Under the pieces are notes generated by a model that did not search any database, was not told where the DNA came from, and worked only from the letters and a program-made list of their open reading frames with translations. This document shows positions 63,110 to 64,000 of a stretch of 64,000 nucleotides of DNA, one piece after another. The position numbers and the translations under genes are program-made. This DNA is from Malacoraja senta (taxonomy: Eukaryota). Each line of letters opens with the position of its first letter. Positions within the stretch are counted from its first letter, which is position 1. The DNA is taken from contig CM075995.1 of the NCBI GenBank assembly GCA_038087875.1, positions 10,480,001 through 10,544,000 of the forward strand, read 5' to 3'.

Positions 63110-64000
63110 GCTATTATAAAATAGTAAGATTAAACGAGAACTTACCAGTTTGAAGTTTGATCTTTATTTTATGAGGACTTACAATGAGCGATTATGTGAA
63201 GAAGAGCCCGCCAGTCTTCCTGGACCAAAGCAACGGTGTGAAATCACAGATAACAGTAATTGAAGTGACAGTAAGATTAGAAAACTAGAACGACCAGATG
63301 ACCTTCATGATATGAGGGTTGGGAGCGGTGGGCATCGTAACTCCTCATAAAATAAAGATCAAACTTCAAACTGGTAAGTTCTCGTTTAATCTTACTATTT
63401 TACTTCGGAGTCACGTGAGTGATTCCGTGAAGATTTCAAAGCTCTGTGATTTCATGCCGTGGAAAAGTTCACACAAACACAACTGCATCAGTTGACCACA
63501 GATAAGGGAAACATTGATAATGCATACAGACATGACATGGATTTAAAACATGCTGATGCTATTTAATGAACAAATAATAATAATAGTAACCCCTCTCATC
63601 CGGGAGGAACTATAAAATAGAATGTATAATAGAGTTGGCAAATACTCCCGGCCTGGCTATGGGTTATTATAAAATGTTTGGAAAGCTCGTTCGTTAGACC
63701 ATCCTGCAGTTGCTAGGATGTAGTCCAGCGGAACGTACATAACCCTTGCTGCTGATGTTGTAGCAGCCCTGGTGGAATGAGATGAGAACATATTAGTATC
63801 TACTCCTGCATAAGCCAAAACCCCGTTTTAACCACCTGAAGATGGTCTGAACTGATACCTTCTCATGAGGTTTTTCGTAACTAACAAACATGGCTACTAT
63901 CAGAGCCTCTAAGGCACTAGGTGACCTTGACGTAAATGTGTGACCACACATAACCGAAGGTCCATGGGGTATGCCATGAGAACTAGTTTGAGACCTGACG
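63110..64000 (-). mobile_element. DIRS-like tyrosine-recombinase retrotransposon, 3' end (runs off the window)
   Basis: Minus-strand YR C-terminus KPHEKVSVQTIFRWL/AGVDTNMFSSHSTRAATTSAA..ILATAGWSNERAFQTFY, frameshifted near 63822. A 66-bp inverted repeat at 63117-63182 and 63337-63402 fits an ITR/ICR layout. Confidence 0.82.

Overview
This is vertebrate genomic DNA, not prokaryotic. The repeat content (CR1/HER1-type LINEs, HE1/V-SINE-like SINEs) suggests an elasmobranch such as a skate or ray; this is an inference. Bases ~600-39600 (+) hold 14 coding exons of one large tandem F-type lectin (fucolectin-domain) gene. It has at least 7 domains, each split into exon A (phase 1-2) and exon B (phase 2-1). 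The exons splice into an uninterrupted frame of ~1086 aa ending at TGA 39439-39441; the 5' end lies upstream of the window. None of the 7 domains keeps the full canonical fucose-binding triad H-x26-R-x-D-x4-R, and three have lost the Ca2+-binding DG motif. Introns and downstream DNA are packed with CR1, Rex1/Babar-like and L2 LINE remnants, SINEs and Penelope-like (GIY-YIG) pieces carrying minimal hammerhead-ribozyme motifs. The Penelope pieces include hairpin-only insertions with long target duplications and a CR1-Penelope chimera present twice with identical junctions. An 8.6 kb non-autonomous Helitron (54351-62948, -) carries a 48-bp minisatellite and a 7 kb 47-bp satellite with higher-order structure. 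The window ends in a DIRS-like tyrosine-recombinase retroelement. All assignments come from manual reading; repeat boundaries are approximate.
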